The translations under genes and the position numbers were made by a program. A DNA stretch of 64,000 nt from Lepidodermella squamata (taxonomy: Eukaryota > Animalia > Gastrotricha): contig JBLDXI010000033.1 in the NCBI GenBank assembly GCA_047495785.1, forward strand, positions 1,674,001 to 1,738,000, in the 5' to 3' direction. Shown here one piece after another: positions 60,289 to 64,000 of this stretch (its first letter is position 1; every line of letters starts with the position of its first letter). A model generated the notes under the pieces. It saw nothing but the letters and a program-made list of their open reading frames with translations. It ran no database searches and was not told the DNA's origin.

Positions 60289-63200
60289 AACTACTAGGAC
60301 TACTACTACAACTGCAACCACGGGTCTACGGGTGATGGTCGATTCTTCCGCTTGCGCTCTCATTATAACGTGTGCGCATGTGTGTGGCTATTTTTTGCGC
60401 GCGAGCGTATTCAATAATAACACGGAGCCATTCTGCGGAAAGTGAAGGCTGTTTTTTCTCCTTTTGCCTTTCTCACCGCATGCAAAAGCCGCGCGCGCGG
60501 TGAAACAGGCAGCAACCGCTCCCGGTGGGCGCGTTTTATACGCGGATTATAGCCGTGATTAGTCCGCTTTTTTGCCATGAGACGACGTTATGAGATGTGC
60601 CCAGTGTATACTATTTTATTTGAGGCGCACAAAAAAATGTATAACGCCAGGCATGCAGGCAGGCAGGCACGCGCGCATGAAAGCGCACACATTCGCATTA
60701 TAGGCGGCTACCTATTATACTATGGCCAGGTAATATGTTGTATCTGCTACTCCGTTTCTGTACCAGAATATAATTGGGCAAGTCAGCGAAGAACATAATA
60801 ATATTATTGCGCGTCGTAATAAAAACTATATTGATATAAACAAGGTATGCAAAGTAGCAACGACGGTTTAAAAAAACCATTACGATTGGTTATTTTTACA
60901 CTCAGTTTCCTCCATTAGGCTAGTTATATAAGCGAGTTAATTTGAGAAGTTTGGTTAGTATCAAACCTATATATATAATATGTGTGTGTATATATCATAA
61001 TACCGAGGCGTGTTTTTCCAAAACTCGCCCGCCTCCTGTTGTGCCTATAAGTAGTATGATGGTACTTCATAATTTCCCTGAAAATAAGAGCTAGAGGTAG
61101 GCATGGCAATACGTCTCGTGATGACGCGTAGAGTGAAGTCGGCAAAATATTTATACAGGCGATCACGTACTTGAGGTAGATGGAATCCTGCATGGCGGCG
61201 TTGCCGCTGTTGCTGGTACCAGTGTTGCTGCTGCTGCTACTGACAAACATGAGCGCGTCGTTTTTTGTGTGTGCTAATAATCGAGCTTTAACTGCTTATG
61301 AATTATTATTATGCAATACTATAAAGTCCTCTGCTTGGCATGCGGTTGTTGGTACTTGACGGGCGCCGATAAGTCGCGCAGTCGTTCGCTAAATCTCGTT
61401 ACGCGGAAAAATAGCCGCTAGTTCTAGCTTTTGATGTGACTCGAGCTCTGCGTACCAGGTTGGTTTCCGGCACGCGGCAATATGCGAACCAGCGAATGAA
61501 TATAATATATAGGAGAAAAAACCTCGAAAAATACTACGACAATAGCTGCTATAAGCGATCGATACTTCATGCTGACTCTGTATCAATCGCTGTTGTTGAT
61601 TGGTGGCCGCCGATTTCGAACGATCATGATAATGATGACGCCCCGAAATCTTATTAGCGGCGTCTCTGCCGGATGTGTTACAAGCATTCCCCTACAATCT
61701 CATCTGTAAATGGCCCGCTCATCCACGACCCTCTTCAGCTAGCAACAGCTATTGACTCTGTATTGAAAAGCTAGCGCGCACACACGATGAAAGAAAACGC
61801 ACGGCGGGCTGTCACTTTTCAAAAAAGTCGAGACACGCGCGGCCGCAAAAAAACGAGTAATTTTTCACCCCCTGAAAATCGCGAAAAAAAATTGACATAC
61901 TCTGGCGATGAAGGATGGTGATCATCGGTGAAGCTGTGCCCCGTCCACCACGCGACATGGTGCGGCGGGGACATGGCGTGAAGACGGTGGTGAGGTGAAA
62001 TCATGGCGTTGTTAGTCGGTGGCGGTCTCATCGGGCCGGGCAGGCAAACGGTCGACATGCGCCTGACCCCGGCCGAACCAGCTCGTCGCCCTTCAGTTCC
62101 CGGTCTGCTACAATTTTTCGGATCAACTGGCATAAGACGGTTGCACTCTATGAGTTGTCTCAGCTTAGGCGCTGATGTAGATGATGACGACGATAAAACT
62201 ATAACTGGCGACGGCGCCGAGGCCGTTCTCGCTTTATGGTGTCGCCGCATATTTCCCGGCGACTAATCGAATTATCAGAAGAACAAACTCTCGCGCAAGA
62301 ATGCTATGCTTCGTTAGTTTGAGCAGGGTAAAAATAAGGGGCAAACAATTTTGTTAGAACGATCGCAGGGAATTCCTAGGGAGTTGTTGGGCAATCGATG
62401 TAAAACTAACTTGCGCCAGAACGAAAACACATCCCGGCGGGCGCGCTGGTGCGCGGCAGTCGGCGTCGACGTCATGGCGCGTTCCAGTTGCATTTGCATC
62501 AGCATTTTCTCGGCGGCCGTCGGCGACGACTCACCGGCCACATCAACGCCGCTCATCGACGAGGCAGAGCGGCTCGGCGGCACGCAAAACCCGAGGTCGG
62601 GCAAACTGCTCAGCCGCACGCGCCGCTTCGAACCAGCAGCGGCGGCGGGCGAGACGCTTTGGCGCAGGGCCAATTCGAGCGCATCCACGTTATGGCTCCC
62701 CAGCCTCGCCCCGGGTACGTAACTGTGGCACCGAGGCAAACGGCGGGCAGTCGCCTTACTAACATCGCCCTGGGAGGGTGACGACGGCGGCGCAGCGCCC
62801 GGGTCATAGCGCCCGGGTGCTCGCAGGATCCCGTGTAAAGTATCACTCGCTTCCTCGGCGTGGATCTGCGCGTCGTCTGGATCTTCCGATGACGCATCGC
62901 TGTTCTCCTCCTCCTCCAACTGGGCGAGTTCTGAATCATTCGATTCGTTATCATCCTCGCTAGATGACTTGGAAGACGAGCCCTCGTCATCTTCATCAGG
63001 TCGGTTATTACTAATCGACTCACTCATAATCGCAAAATATCAGGTTGGAAAAATGTAATTTGGTGCTCTGTTCTGTAACTGGCTCGTGTTTTGGGTTTTG
63101 TGAGCTGGAAATAATAATGCAAATGAGGCGTTTCCACGCTCGACGACTAATCCCTGCGATATATGATATACACACACACACAAACGATTTAAAAATAACG

Positions 63201-63563
63201 GCGTGAAAATCGCACTTGTTGTTGTTAGTAGTAGTAGACTGGTTATTTTTGGTGATGGTTAGCTGTAATAGCTCACCTTCCGAAAGGCTGGCCGCCTAGC
63301 GCCAGGGCGCCGCGAACAGCGCCGGGCGAGTGCGCGCGCCGTTTGACGGTGAGCCGCGCGTCGTGCACGCCCGCCGCTTCCGCGTCCTTTGTAACGACGA
63401 CGTCGGGCGGCGTCGGCGACCACGACTCGCCGCCGCTGTTCGACCGCAGCCGCATGGCCGCGATCAGGCTGGCGGCCTCGCGTGTGCTCAAAAAACTGGC
63501 GGCCGGATCTATGCCAGTGCCGTCGGCGGAGCGCCACGGCGGTTGTAAACGCGCCTTATCCAT
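52947..63563 (-). CDS. PDE4: cAMP-specific phosphodiesterase 4 (dunce); common exons 56967-56226, 55731-55461, 55394-55216, 53429-52947 plus candidate alternative first exons
   Basis: [18 protein letters not shown] (UCR1), [10 protein letters not shown]...[11 protein letters not shown] (UCR2), [56 protein letters not shown]. Confidence 0.95.
53727..55191. mobile_element. Non-coding TIR element in a PDE4 intron, with subterminal (CTCC)AGCACTAAAT repeats
   Basis: tgcacctacctaaataaagactccagcactaaattt at 53727 is an imperfect inverted repeat of aaatttagtgctggaaccttattttaggtggtgca ending at 55191; TSD not resolved. Confidence 0.65.
54617..54952. mobile_element. Hairpin MITE nested in the element above
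   Basis: TAAGCACTCAAGCT / AGCTTGAGTGCTTA termini plus inner arms tagaacgcgagctgctctttc...agatttgagg versus cctcaaatct...gaaagagcagctcgcgttcta. Confidence 0.75.
60257..60312. repeat. (ACT)n microsatellite
   Basis: Imperfect ACT trinucleotide run. Confidence 0.9.
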
Positions 63564-64000
63564 TTAAAAAAGCTGTCGCCGGCCAAAGTTATCCATCGAC
63601 GACAAAACACAACTTCGCTTCTTTGTTGAGACTCGCGATAAAACTCGTTATTATTATGCTAAAACTACTGTGCAAGCAAGAAACCAGCGATTTTTTTTCG
63701 CCTCAGCCAAGTCGCGCTTTGATCGGTGCGTGGCGTGCGTTCAATAGGCCAATGGCTTTTCAAAGGTTGCGAAGAACGACGCGATAGAGTGCGCTTGTTT
63801 ACGCGAATATAATTTGCACGCGATGAAAAAACCTGTGTCGCTTATATACTGTGTTACGCGAACTTTTTCTGGCTTGCCCAACGAAGTTTCGCCTATTCAG
63901 ACGGCGCCAATTGACGGGCGCAATTTAGCGCACAACGAAAGAAAATGGCGGAGGAAATTAGAAAAAAACAGCAGCTCTTCAACGCGAATATATTATTATA

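Overview
Eukaryotic (metazoan, invertebrate-like) genomic DNA from a compact genome with many 40-65 nt GT-AG introns; no prokaryotic features, rRNA, tRNA or CRISPR seen. The species cannot be identified from sequence alone. Left to right: 3' end of a thioester-protein (TEP/A2M/CD109) gene; three intronless phosphagen (arginine) kinase paralogues (one canonical and probably myristoylated, one with altered catalytic/specificity residues, one frameshifted); an isolated mannose-6-phosphate-receptor-homology (MRH)-like receptor; an internally deleted ADH pseudogene; a secreted FG-GAP/VCBS protein; a 513-aa small heat-shock protein with a long FG/N-rich low-complexity N-terminus; an orphan secreted protein; three class-III-derived ADHs lacking the glutathione-binding residues, with a young CR1/L2-like LINE between two of them; an intronless secreted expansin/GH45-like protein with two unrecognised Cys-rich modules; a ~12 kb tandem array, largely missed by the ORF track, of one secreted six-domain MRH-like protein plus five single-domain type-I membrane MRH-like receptors; a LINE remnant; a hAT MITE; NIM1 kinase; an ankyrin protein; a single-TM protein; and a PDE4/dunce gene with five phase-matched candidate alternative first exons. 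Best candidate for an undescribed system: the diversified MRH-like lectin array (12 domains in the window, soluble multivalent plus membrane forms) next to the expansin/GH45-like gene, possibly a gut or immune glycan capture-and-uptake locus. Gene models were spliced by hand and family calls rest on remembered motifs, not database searches.
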